Virus record (IMG/VR): IMGVR_UViG_3300045988_089330
DNA length: 33,342 bases
Strand: one strand, 5' to 3'
Source of the DNA: a virus
Both the position numbers and the translations under genes were made by a program. The notes beneath the pieces are model-generated. The model did no database searches. It worked only from the letters and a program-made list of their open reading frames with translations, and had not been told where the DNA came from. How positions within the stretch are numbered: the first letter of the stretch is position 1; every line of letters begins with the position of its first letter. This document shows positions 23,584 to 31,415 of this stretch, in pieces.

Positions 23584-23630
23584 ATTATAACTCATATTGC
23601 GCAATATGTCAATAGGATATTGCGCAATAT
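23584..23630 (-). promoter_or_regulatory. Consensus promoter (TTGACA-17 nt-TATAAT) with two perfect palindromic operators, ATATTGCGCAATAT
   Basis: Operators at 23595..23608 and 23617..23630. -35 at 23607..23612 and -10 at 23584..23589, on the minus strand. Same architecture as 23199..23246. Confidence 0.65.
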
Positions 23631-23694
23631 TTAAACTTTTTTCAAAAATATCTATTCTGAACATACCACGCGCCCGCCAGAAAATCAACGCTCG

Positions 23695-23733
23695 AAAATA
23701 TAAAAATTTCCCGCGCCTTTTATTGACGCGGGA
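23695..23733 (-). terminator. Intrinsic terminator after the endolysin gene
   Basis: tcccgcg (23709..23715) pairs with cgcggga (23727..23733), followed on the minus strand by aaatttttatatttt. Confidence 0.5.
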
Positions 23734-23777
23734 TCGTGATATATTTTCCTTTTCCGTCTGGAGGTGTGTCTTTTGTT

Positions 23778-25262
23778 TTATGCGATCTTCGTCGCGTAGT
23801 CAAGGGAAATCCACCCGGCGCCACTCTTTAAGCGGCCCCACTTCGTCGCCCCCTGCCCGTCTGCTTCTTCCGTGATTGTGAATACCCCTTCGCCGGTATA
23901 TCCTGCGGAACCATAGTTGGTTCCCGGTCCTTTGCGGATCCGAAGATCGGAAATATCCACTTTCACTTTATACGGCACACCGGCGGGCGCCTGCTGCCCC
24001 GCTGCCGTATTCGTATATACGGCTTCGCCCTTGCTGTTATAAACCGTGTACCCCTCTTTGCAAGCCTTCTTTGCGTTCTCTAAAACATGATACGCGCCGA
24101 TCTGACTTTTCGCGTCGCTCCAACTTTTCCGCACCCGGTAAAGTTCCGCACCTGCGGCCGGTGCGGATGTGCCGCCGGATCCGTTCATAGCCGCTTTCAC
24201 GTCCTTTCTGAACTGATCCATTGTCAGACCGAATTTTCGCCAGATGTGTTCAACGTCTCCGTGGTTCGACGCGATCCCGCGGGAATGGCCTTCGCTGTGG
24301 GAAATAATAACGCCGTCTGCTGTCGGGTTCAATCCGTACTTTTTGCACAGATACGCGAATAACTCTACAGCCGTTTTATATGTTGCCAGAACGTGCGCCC
24401 GCGTGTTGTTCCCGTCTCCGGTTTCCTGCCAGCTTGCCCCGCCGGTATATTTGATTGTTGCCGGTTCCGTCATTTCTACGCCGATATGCGTATTATTGCC
24501 GGATCCCTTTGTCCCGCTTCCGCAATGCCACCCGCGGCGGTTCCACGGTAAAAGCTGATACACCCGCCCTTCCGCGTCAATGACTGCATGAACGCAAGCG
24601 GACGCGCCGGGTTTATTCCAGTTATCAACGAACACTGACGCTTTCGGCTGCGGACAACCTACCGAATGAAGCATAAGCCCTTTTACGGTGATTGTCCGTC
24701 CTGTCTTGTAGCAATCCGAATTTGTTACAATGCTTTCAATGATATTCATTTCTGCTTCGCTCCTTTCTGCGGTGTCGTACTGTGTCAGGTCCCACCGCTG
24801 AATAATATTACAGATTTTTTCTATATACTTCGTGTCTGTGGCATAGCCGCCGTTTTTGATAATCGCGATCGCGGTCTTGTAGTCCGTTTCTCCGATCAAT
24901 CCGGCGTACCGAAACGCGGAACCGTTCTTCGCACCTGCCAGATAATCCGAATGATCTTTGATACTTGCGGCATGACTGGCGTATTTGCGAAAAGCGGCCG
25001 TCACGGTGTATTCTCTGCCGCTTGCGTCCTGCTCCTTCGTTTCCTTTGTGTAGGTCTGGCCGTCCCATTCAGACGGCCAGTTATTCCCGGAAAGTGTCGC
25101 CTTCATGCCGAAAAGGTTATTTGCTACTACCGCAAGATCCGTTGATCCATATCCGCTTTCAAGAATGGCCTGCGCCACTGTCACTGACGCAAGGATCCCC
25201 GTTTTTTTCATATCGGCCGCCGCAAGTGGGCCGATGTAGGAAACAAATTCTTTTTCCGTCAT
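23778..25262 (-). CDS. Multidomain endolysin: N-terminal glucosaminidase, central N-acetylmuramoyl-L-alanine amidase, C-terminal SH3b-type wall-binding domains
   Basis: AQAILESGYGS....NNLFGMK is glucosaminidase-like. MLHSVGCPQP.....HAVID....WHCGSG...NNTHIGVEM is Amidase_2-like. The C-terminus YKVKVDISDLRIRKGPGTNY....WGRLKSGAGWISLDY is SH3-like. Confidence 0.88.
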   Translation of the reverse strand: MTEKEFVSYIGPLAAADMKKTGILASVTVAQAILESGYGSTDLAVVANNLFGMKATLSGNNWPSEWDGQTYTKETKEQDASGREYTVTAAFRKYASHAASIKDHSDYLAGAKNGSAFRYAGLIGETDYKTAIAIIKNGGYATDTKYIEKICNIIQRWDLTQYDTAERSEAEMNIIESIVTNSDCYKTGRTITVKGLMLHSVGCPQPKASVFVDNWNKPGASACVHAVIDAEGRVYQLLPWNRRGWHCGSGTKGSGNNTHIGVEMTEPATIKYTGGASWQETGDGNNTRAHVLATYKTAVELFAYLCKKYGLNPTADGVIISHSEGHSRGIASNHGDVEHIWRKFGLTMDQFRKDVKAAMNGSGGTSAPAAGAELYRVRKSWSDAKSQIGAYHVLENAKKACKEGYTVYNSKGEAVYTNTAAGQQAPAGVPYKVKVDISDLRIRKGPGTNYGSAGYTGEGVFTITEEADGQGATKWGRLKSGAGWISLDYATKIA

Positions 25263-25266
25263 TTTC

Positions 25267-25515
25267 TCACACTCCCCGCTGTGCTTTCATCTTGTCCAGT
25301 GCTTCGTCAGCTTCGATCGCTGCCTGCGTAAAGCTGTTATTCTTCCACCACGTCACAAGTGACGCGGCCGTGGTAAAGGCGAAAGAAATTACTTCCGTTA
25401 CGGTCTGATCGTCAAACGGAAGCGGGCTTTTTCCTGCGATTGCAAGCGCATTGTTTACAATCGCTAGAAGTAAAACGGCCGTCCTGATGATCGTTTCTTT
25501 CTTAACTTTCTTCAC
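25267..25515 (-). CDS. Holin (SPP1 / phiLC3-like family)
   Basis: 82 aa with two hydrophobic segments and the WWKNNSFT motif typical of this holin family. Immediately upstream of the endolysin. Confidence 0.75.
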   Translation of the reverse strand: MKKVKKETIIRTAVLLLAIVNNALAIAGKSPLPFDDQTVTEVISFAFTTAASLVTWWKNNSFTQAAIEADEALDKMKAQRGV

Positions 25516-25771
25516 TGTGTTTCCCTCTTTCTAAAATAGAAATTCTGTTTTCGTGTTTCTGCAGGATCTTGTCCTGTTCGTCGTTGTGGTCCCATAATCT
25601 TTTATGGCTTTCCCGGTTATGGCCTTTAAAATCTGAAAACTGCTGATCTAACTGTTTGCACGTTGAAGTTAATTCCGTGATCGCCTTTGTCAAGTTTAAG
25701 ATAGGCCGCACAATGACCGCCGCGCCGCCAAGCAACGTGATAAGCATTGTTATAACCTGCCATTCTGACAT
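25502..25771 (-). CDS. BhlA/UviB-like holin-family protein (N-terminal TM plus coiled coil)
   Basis: The hydrophobic segment VITMLITLLGGAAVIV is followed by a charged helical tail. Located in the lysis cassette. Confidence 0.55.
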   Translation of the reverse strand: MSEWQVITMLITLLGGAAVIVRPILNLTKAITELTSTCKQLDQQFSDFKGHNRESHKRLWDHNDEQDKILQKHENRISILERGKHSEES

Positions 25772-25834
25772 TTTTCCTCACCGCCTTTCAAAACCATAAT
25801 AAAAGGAAAGTCCGGCAATTTCTGACCTTCTTTT

Positions 25835-26866
25835 TCAGGTTGCCTTTCTTTCCTTCAATTCCTTTATGGTTTCCCGCGTGTCCCTGATTAACCGGAACGT
25901 GTCGGCGTGTCCCATGTGTCCGAACCGGCTTTCTATGGAACGATCGAAGTATTCCAATTCTACTTCCCCGGTTTCAAACGCCCGCAATAGTTTCTTTAAG
26001 CGCCGCATGGCCGCTTTGCGGATCTTTTTGTGATCTGCGTAGTGAATATAGCCTACGAAGTTTATTCCGTTCTTTGCGGCTAATATCGTTGTTTTCGGGT
26101 TCAGTTCCAAGCGTAATTCCCGGCGCAAGAAATCTTCTATTTCTGCCAGTATGCGGCGAAGGTGCGCGGGATCCTCCGATAAAATAATAAAATCGTCCAT
26201 ATAACGGACGTAATATTTCAACTTCAATTCATGTTTCACAAACTGATCCAATTTATTTAAATAAACATTTGCGAAAAGCTGTGAAGTCAGATTCCCAACC
26301 GGTATTCCCACGCCCACCGGAAAGATCCCGTTATGGTCTATGATCCGATCAAGGATTTTCAATAATGCTTTGTCGGATATGTAGCGCCGGATCTCCTGCT
26401 TCAATATGTCATGTGAAACGCTCTGGAAATAATGGTGTATATCGCCCTTTATGGCGTATATCTTCTTCCCCTTCACTATTTCCAGATTATAAAGCCACCG
26501 GGAAAGTGTTTCGCTTGCTTCGTGGGCGCCCTTCTTCTGCCTGCAGGCGTAGGAATGGAAAATAAAACGCTTTTCAAAAATCAGTTCAATCAGGTTTACG
26601 ATCATGTGCTGTATCACCCGATCGAAGAACGGAAGCGCCATTATGATCCGTTCCTTTGGCTCCCACACTTTGAAAACGCGGTATTTTCCCGGCTGATAGG
26701 TCCCGTCTTTTAAAGCCTTCACTGCACGAAGTAAATTCGTTTCGCGGTCTGCTTCAAACTCTAAGACTTCCGGCCGGTACCGCTTGCACTTTCTGGCCTT
26801 GTGATATGCTTTCAAGGCGTTTGTGAAAGTGCAGATCTTTTCTATCAAATTTTTAGCTGTCTTCAT
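25835..26866 (-). CDS. Diversity-generating retroelement reverse transcriptase
   Basis: YVRYMDDFIIL (YxDD catalytic motif) and GIPVGNLTSQLFANVYLN (the GxxxSQ signature of DGR RTs). ~340 aa with no maturase or endonuclease domains. Lies next to the TR and avd. Confidence 0.9.
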   Translation of the reverse strand: MKTAKNLIEKICTFTNALKAYHKARKCKRYRPEVLEFEADRETNLLRAVKALKDGTYQPGKYRVFKVWEPKERIIMALPFFDRVIQHMIVNLIELIFEKRFIFHSYACRQKKGAHEASETLSRWLYNLEIVKGKKIYAIKGDIHHYFQSVSHDILKQEIRRYISDKALLKILDRIIDHNGIFPVGVGIPVGNLTSQLFANVYLNKLDQFVKHELKLKYYVRYMDDFIILSEDPAHLRRILAEIEDFLRRELRLELNPKTTILAAKNGINFVGYIHYADHKKIRKAAMRRLKKLLRAFETGEVELEYFDRSIESRFGHMGHADTFRLIRDTRETIKELKERKAT

Positions 26867-27060
26867 GTTCTAAACTTGCCCTACCTCATTTCGCCCCTTC
26901 CGGGTTACTTTCAGGCGGTGCTATTTTACGTTTGTCCGGTATGCCGCCGGAACGGGAACGGCTTTCGCCGTCTTTGCAACCGTCTGACTATATATTGAGA
27001 TTATCCATATATAACCCTTGCCGTGGATCCGGGGATCACGCGGTCTAAAATGCTTTATAA
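26867..27060 (-). ncRNA. DGR spacer region between the TR and the RT gene (expected part of the TR-containing template RNA)
   Basis: Non-coding 194 nt between the TR 3' end and the RT start. Contains local hairpins, for example around ccgtggatccggggatcacgcgg. The role is inferred from the BPP-1 paradigm. Confidence 0.4.
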
Positions 27061-27184
27061 GTCACAGACGCACCAGACGCCAATGTTCGTGTTGACGTTC
27101 CACGGGTAATTGTTGCAATTCACCGCGCGGGAACCGTCGTGAACGCCGTTGTTCCAATTCCCGCCGCCAATCAGCGCGTGAAGG
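27061..27184 (-). repeat. DGR template repeat (TR)
   Basis: 124 bp, 110/124 identical to 27691..27814. All 14 differences are at T on the plus strand, which is A on the transcribed sense. Confidence 0.92.
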
Positions 27185-27212
27185 TGCGAATTAACAGTTG
27201 CCCCAAAATTCT

Positions 27213-27629
27213 TTATTTCTTCTTCGCCTGCTGTACTTCTTTTATCAGGCCGCCGATCATAGCGCCTATTATGCCGGTCTGCTTCGCACAGTATAAATAA
27301 GGCCCGTCGCTTATAGCCGAATAACCTAAATCATGTGCAAGGCGAAGTTTCCGCACAAGCCGCCGTTTCATCCGGTCCGCGGTGTAAAGGTGGCTTGCAA
27401 CCTTCGTGATCTCGTACATTTCGACTTCATCCAAAAGCGCGTCTATGCTCTCCCGTATGTCCTTTTGAAGCGTGAATTTCTCATAATGCGGAAATTTCTT
27501 CAATTTTTCGTGAAGATAAATTGAAAAATCATAGGCTATTTGGTGCGCGTCCGTATGCGTATAATCCATTTCTGCCGTCGCCTGCGCGCTGCCCGTGGCA
27601 CTTTTGCTTCTGCTTTGATAATTTCCCAT
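27213..27629 (-). CDS. avd: DGR accessory variability determinant (Avd, four-helix-bundle family)
   Basis: 138-aa basic helical protein (AHQIAYDFSIYLHEKLKKFP..EKFTLQKDIRESIDALLDEV....A) between the target gene and the TR. Confidence 0.8.
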   Translation of the reverse strand: MGNYQSRSKSATGSAQATAEMDYTHTDAHQIAYDFSIYLHEKLKKFPHYEKFTLQKDIRESIDALLDEVEMYEITKVASHLYTADRMKRRLVRKLRLAHDLGYSAISDGPYLYCAKQTGIIGAMIGGLIKEVQQAKKK

Positions 27630-27652
27630 GTGTCATTCTCCCGGAAGGTTTA

Positions 27653-27675
27653 GGGGCTGCCCTTTCGGGCGCCCC
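27653..27675 (-). promoter_or_regulatory. GC-rich hairpin with a GAAA tetraloop 15 nt 3' of the VR (candidate DGR target-recognition cruciform)
   Basis: The minus strand reads ggggc-gccc-gaaa-gggc-a-gcccc. Confidence 0.6.
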
Positions 27676-27681
27676 TTCTGC

Positions 27682-28794
27682 TTACAGCGCGTCACAGACG
27701 CACCAGACGCCAATGTACGTGTAGACGTTCCACGGGTAACCGTCGCAAGCCACCGCGCGGGAACCGTCGCGAACGCCGCCGCCCCAACGCCCGCCGCCAA
27801 TCAGCGCGTGAAGGGCTGTCGCCGAAGGCATATAAGCGTCACCATACCCGGTTCCAAGTACATCCTGCCACGCCCACGTTGTCGCTGTGGGATCCAAACA
27901 AAATTCGTCAAGCCATTTCCAGACGTTACCCACAAGATCGCGGATATTCAACGCGGAAATAGCGTTCTGAACATATCCCGTTTTCTGCCGTCCGGTGTTT
28001 CCCGTCGCGCTCCATGCGTAGGTATTGTTCCCGTCCTGCCCCTCCGGGCTACCTGCTGCCGCCTGACAAAATTCCGCGTAGGTGGGAAGGCGTTTTCCGA
28101 CGCGTCGGGCCTTCTCGTTTGCGATATACCAGTTAAGGCCCTCCGTTCCGGTGATCGGCGTCGCGTTATATTTGCTCTGCAGGCCGTTGCTTCCATTGTC
28201 GGATGATAAATAAATATCGCCCCACAATCCATTCCCCAAGTAAACCATACCGGAAGGATCGTCGCACTTCGGACGGTGCTTTGTTGTCCATACGCTGTTC
28301 GGCACAATTCCCGTATACACATTTCCTTCCCAACCGCTGCCGTTTTCCGTCCCGCTGCTGCTGATCGGGTTTCCGCTTGCGTTTACGCGCCTTACGATCC
28401 CGTAATGGAAGCCGCCCACTTTGCGGCTGTTCTCTGCTGTGTACCCGGAAGGATAGGTGGAATTTTTAGAAATCACAAAAATTTCATCCTGATCCAATGT
28501 TTCGGAACCGTTGGAAGGATCACAACAATAAATATAATAATCGCTGCCCTTCTCAAATCCGCTTCCAGTGTCAAGGTTCGCGGCGGTCAAGTTGGTTAAG
28601 GTGGTTTCAAAAATTGACGGCCCGACGGCGATTATCACGCCTGCGGCGATCGTTACCTGATCGGGCGACGCGGAACCGGCGGCGGTGATATACTGCGCCT
28701 TCTGCGCCACAATGTCGCCCATAGCTGACAACTTCGCCGTGGTGATCTTTGCCTTCGTGTTCATCATGGTTTCGTCATAAAGAAAAAATTTCAT
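27682..28794 (-). CDS. DGR target protein: putative receptor-binding (tail fibre tip) protein with a C-terminal C-type lectin / FGE-sulfatase-fold variable domain
   Basis: LNWYIANEKARRVGKRLPTYAEF......RDLVGNVWKWLDEF is FGE/CLec-like. The VR encodes the last ~40 aa (...GGGRWGGGVRDGSRAVACDGYPWNVYTYIGVWCVCDAL). Confidence 0.85.
   Translation of the reverse strand: MKFFLYDETMMNTKAKITTAKLSAMGDIVAQKAQYITAAGSASPDQVTIAAGVIIAVGPSIFETTLTNLTAANLDTGSGFEKGSDYYIYCCDPSNGSETLDQDEIFVISKNSTYPSGYTAENSRKVGGFHYGIVRRVNASGNPISSSGTENGSGWEGNVYTGIVPNSVWTTKHRPKCDDPSGMVYLGNGLWGDIYLSSDNGSNGLQSKYNATPITGTEGLNWYIANEKARRVGKRLPTYAEFCQAAAGSPEGQDGNNTYAWSATGNTGRQKTGYVQNAISALNIRDLVGNVWKWLDEFCLDPTATTWAWQDVLGTGYGDAYMPSATALHALIGGGRWGGGVRDGSRAVACDGYPWNVYTYIGVWCVCDAL
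27691..27814 (-). repeat. DGR variable repeat (VR) at the 3' end of the target gene
   Basis: See TR. Substitutions at 27717, 27723, 27740, 27741, 27744, 27749, 27750, 27770, 27779, 27780, 27782, 27783, 27788 and 27789. Confidence 0.92.
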
Positions 28795-28834
28795 GGTCTG
28801 TTCTCCCTTCTGCTTTGTAAATCCTGATTTTGTC

Positions 28835-29284
28835 TTACACTACGCGGCCTGCTGCCAGTTCTTCTTTGATCTGGTTCATTTCGTCTTCGGTAATGTCTAA
28901 GGCTTCATAAACCGACGGCGTATTGTGGATTTTCAGCGACGCGGAACCGGCAGCGATCGCTCTGGATAACGTGATCGCGGTCTTCTCTTTCTCCACCTTG
29001 CCTTCTTCGTCCGGCTCCCCGTTCAAATGCTCCACGGTCTGAATAGTGGCCGTCACGCCGCCCGCCGTCACTTTCCCTTCTGCTGCCGCTTCGCTGCAAT
29101 ACATAACCGTTACCGTCTTTCTGTCCTCTGACAGATCCACAACCGGGCAAGTGATGAAATTCTGATTTTCGATCCCGCTGATCGCTTCCAGAAGATCCGC
29201 GGCTTCCAGTTCCCCGGCCGCTACCAATGTGCGACAATTCTTCACGTCCTGCGCTGTTTTTAATACTTTCGGAAATCCTTTCAT
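28835..29284 (-). CDS. Hypothetical tail-fibre-region protein
   Basis: 149-aa ORF with a strong RBS AAAAGGAGAAG, between the fibre gene and the DGR target. Confidence 0.5.
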   Translation of the reverse strand: MKGFPKVLKTAQDVKNCRTLVAAGELEAADLLEAISGIENQNFITCPVVDLSEDRKTVTVMYCSEAAAEGKVTAGGVTATIQTVEHLNGEPDEEGKVEKEKTAITLSRAIAAGSASLKIHNTPSVYEALDITEDEMNQIKEELAAGRVV

Positions 29285-29302
29285 GCTGTCTTCTCCTTTT
29301 CT

Positions 29303-30370
29303 TTAATTTTGTGATGATACATAGGCGCCCACATAGCCGCCCACGGCTGCGAAAGCGTTCTTGTCGTAAATACTGAATGTAACCGTTTCCGTTGTCTTCG
29401 TATGGTCCAGAACGAAGGTTTTCGGGATAATGTTCAAGGTGTCGCTTTGTGCTTCCACCGTGTATTCTCCCGGCTCCGTCAGATAGGTTTTTCCCTCTGC
29501 CGAATATGTAACCGTCGTTTTGTTCCCGCTGTCCTTGTTTATAATGTCGATCAGGATCACGCCGGTTTCCTTTGACAGATTTTCAAACATTACTTTCGTT
29601 GCAAGATTTTTTATGTGGGCCGTCAAATCGTTCACGGCGTTCTGCAAGGCTCCGGCGGCGTCTTCGGATAACTGATCCTTTATCCCTTCAAACCACGCGG
29701 TAAAGACCGCCTGCTGCTGCTGTGAATAGCTTTCAAACTGGCTTTCCATATCCCGAAGGGCGGCGGCGCCTTTATCCTCTAAATTGACGATCTGCGCCAT
29801 GTAGGAATTAAATTCCTGCGTTATACTGGCCTGATAGCGTGTGAAGTACGCCTGAAACTGCGCCGTGACCTGCGAAAAGTCAATTTCCTTTACCGTCGCC
29901 ATAACCCAACCGCAAACGTCGCTGTTCATGCGCGTGTCGGTGATGTTCTCCTGCGTGATCTTAATCGCGCCCACATCCACATATATTTCGGCCAATTTCA
30001 GATCGTGGACCGCTTCGCTTCTCACAATCTCCGGCGCCGTGGGATTTTTGGAAAAGCCGCCGGTTTCAATGAAAATATAAAAATCCCTTTCGGTATCATC
30101 CCGACGCAAGATCACGTTGTCGATCCGGGCCAGTGTTCCTGACGCCTTTTCAAGCGTGAAGATCTGCGCCTGTTCAAAATGCTTTGTCTTCCCGTTGATA
30201 TTTACATATCCCCCTGCGACGGTTACGGTCATATCGTCGTTTGCTGTGATCGCAAAACAATTATTGAAAACGCCCGTTGTGAAGAATGGTAAAAGCCATT
30301 CGCTCATGCTGTCCGCATTATAAACGCGGTCCCCATTTCTGGAATTATAGAAGTTTGCATACTGTCCCAT
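29303..30370 (-). CDS. Putative tail fibre / baseplate-attached structural protein
   Basis: The N-terminal pattern NGDRVYNADSMSEWLLPFFTTGVF....V..G...ING........RID.VILR.D...R......ITDTR....CGWV is common at the N-termini of Gram-positive siphophage fibre or upper-baseplate proteins. Follows Tal. Confidence 0.55.
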   Translation of the reverse strand: MGQYANFYNSRNGDRVYNADSMSEWLLPFFTTGVFNNCFAITANDDMTVTVAGGYVNINGKTKHFEQAQIFTLEKASGTLARIDNVILRRDDTERDFYIFIETGGFSKNPTAPEIVRSEAVHDLKLAEIYVDVGAIKITQENITDTRMNSDVCGWVMATVKEIDFSQVTAQFQAYFTRYQASITQEFNSYMAQIVNLEDKGAAALRDMESQFESYSQQQQAVFTAWFEGIKDQLSEDAAGALQNAVNDLTAHIKNLATKVMFENLSKETGVILIDIINKDSGNKTTVTYSAEGKTYLTEPGEYTVEAQSDTLNIIPKTFVLDHTKTTETVTFSIYDKNAFAAVGGYVGAYVSSQN

Positions 30371-31414
30371 TTATTTATCACTCCAATCTATTTTTTCCGG
30401 TAATGCGTCGCCCATTGTCGGTACTACATACATTCCCCCGTATTCATAAACTTCTTGTAGTTCTGTTATTCTCTGATTTAAAGTTATCCCCCATTTCTTC
30501 TTTTTTACCGTCACAATATCCCCAAGATCATAGTGTGTTTTGTACTTAAAGTTTATATCTGCTTCCGTTTCGCACTCCACGCTTTCGGCTATGATATTAC
30601 TTGCAAGGGCTTCTTTCCCCCTCTGTGACAAGGCTGCTTTGTATGCTGCCGTTGTCATGCCTTCGCTTTGAATGTCCTTTGCGTCCACAAATATTTCCCG
30701 AAGATCTAAGCCGGTACCGCCGCCAACCTCTACATATACGCGAGCGGCTCCTTCACCTTCCCCGCCCACAATGGCTTTTGTGCGGTACTGCTGATCGTTG
30801 TAACGGTAAATCACATTGTTTAGGTTGTTATAACTTTCCGAAAAGATAACACGGGAATTGATCCCCTGCGCCGTCGTCCGGTCTGTTCCTTTGTATGTTT
30901 CAAACAAAATCTTCTTTTGCCGGAAGTCCGGCCGGAACCGATAACCGATCGCGGCCGACTTCGCTAATTTTGTTTCGTAGGACATTAGATTTTTCATGGT
31001 AGCCTGAAACTCCACCGTTTCGGTGAAACCGTTTAGGGTTCCAAGTTCCACAAGCGGGATCGCCGTGGCCCCGGTCAAAAGCTGCCGCATGGCAACTTCT
31101 ACTTTCCCGGAAAAATTGACCGTTGATTTTATCAGGCGCCGATCCATGTAGGAAGAAAGAAAACGACCCTTCGCGGTAATCTCGTTTTTAATGTCGCTTT
31201 CTTCGTTCTCTATATCCTCAATCACTCCAGCTTCTTCGCTACCCCGCTTTGAAATGATGTTCCCCTTTGCCAGTAATGCCAGATTGCGATCCGTGATCGG
31301 CGCGTGAATTTCAAAGTTCCCCGGCTCATAATACTTTCTATCCCATATTAAGGACGTATGATTTTCTATAATGCCTTTAAAATTTAAATTTCTGTCATAA
31401 ATCCGCGCTTCCAT
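30371..31414 (-). CDS. Tail-associated (Tal / Gp37-like) baseplate hub protein
   Basis: N-terminus MEARIYDRNLNFKGIIENHTSLIWDRKYYEPGNFEIHAP is typical of the siphovirus Gp37-like family. Position after Dit. Confidence 0.65.
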   Translation of the reverse strand: MEARIYDRNLNFKGIIENHTSLIWDRKYYEPGNFEIHAPITDRNLALLAKGNIISKRGSEEAGVIEDIENEESDIKNEITAKGRFLSSYMDRRLIKSTVNFSGKVEVAMRQLLTGATAIPLVELGTLNGFTETVEFQATMKNLMSYETKLAKSAAIGYRFRPDFRQKKILFETYKGTDRTTAQGINSRVIFSESYNNLNNVIYRYNDQQYRTKAIVGGEGEGAARVYVEVGGGTGLDLREIFVDAKDIQSEGMTTAAYKAALSQRGKEALASNIIAESVECETEADINFKYKTHYDLGDIVTVKKKKWGITLNQRITELQEVYEYGGMYVVPTMGDALPEKIDWSDK

Positions 31415-31415
31415 A

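Noticed and set aside
25835-26866. Reverse transcriptase as a retron, group II intron or Abi-type defence RT
   Set aside because: It is flanked by an Avd-like gene and a TR/VR pair with adenine-only mismatches. It carries the GNLTSQ motif of DGR RTs. There is no maturase/X or endonuclease domain, no intron RNA domains and no msr/msd-like inverted repeats that I could see.
27948-28322. 124-aa alternative-frame ORF inside the DGR target gene, and 28905..29237 inside the next gene
   Set aside because: These are embedded out of frame in longer ORFs with good RBSs. The translations are Arg-rich, typical of frame-shifted GC-rich codons.
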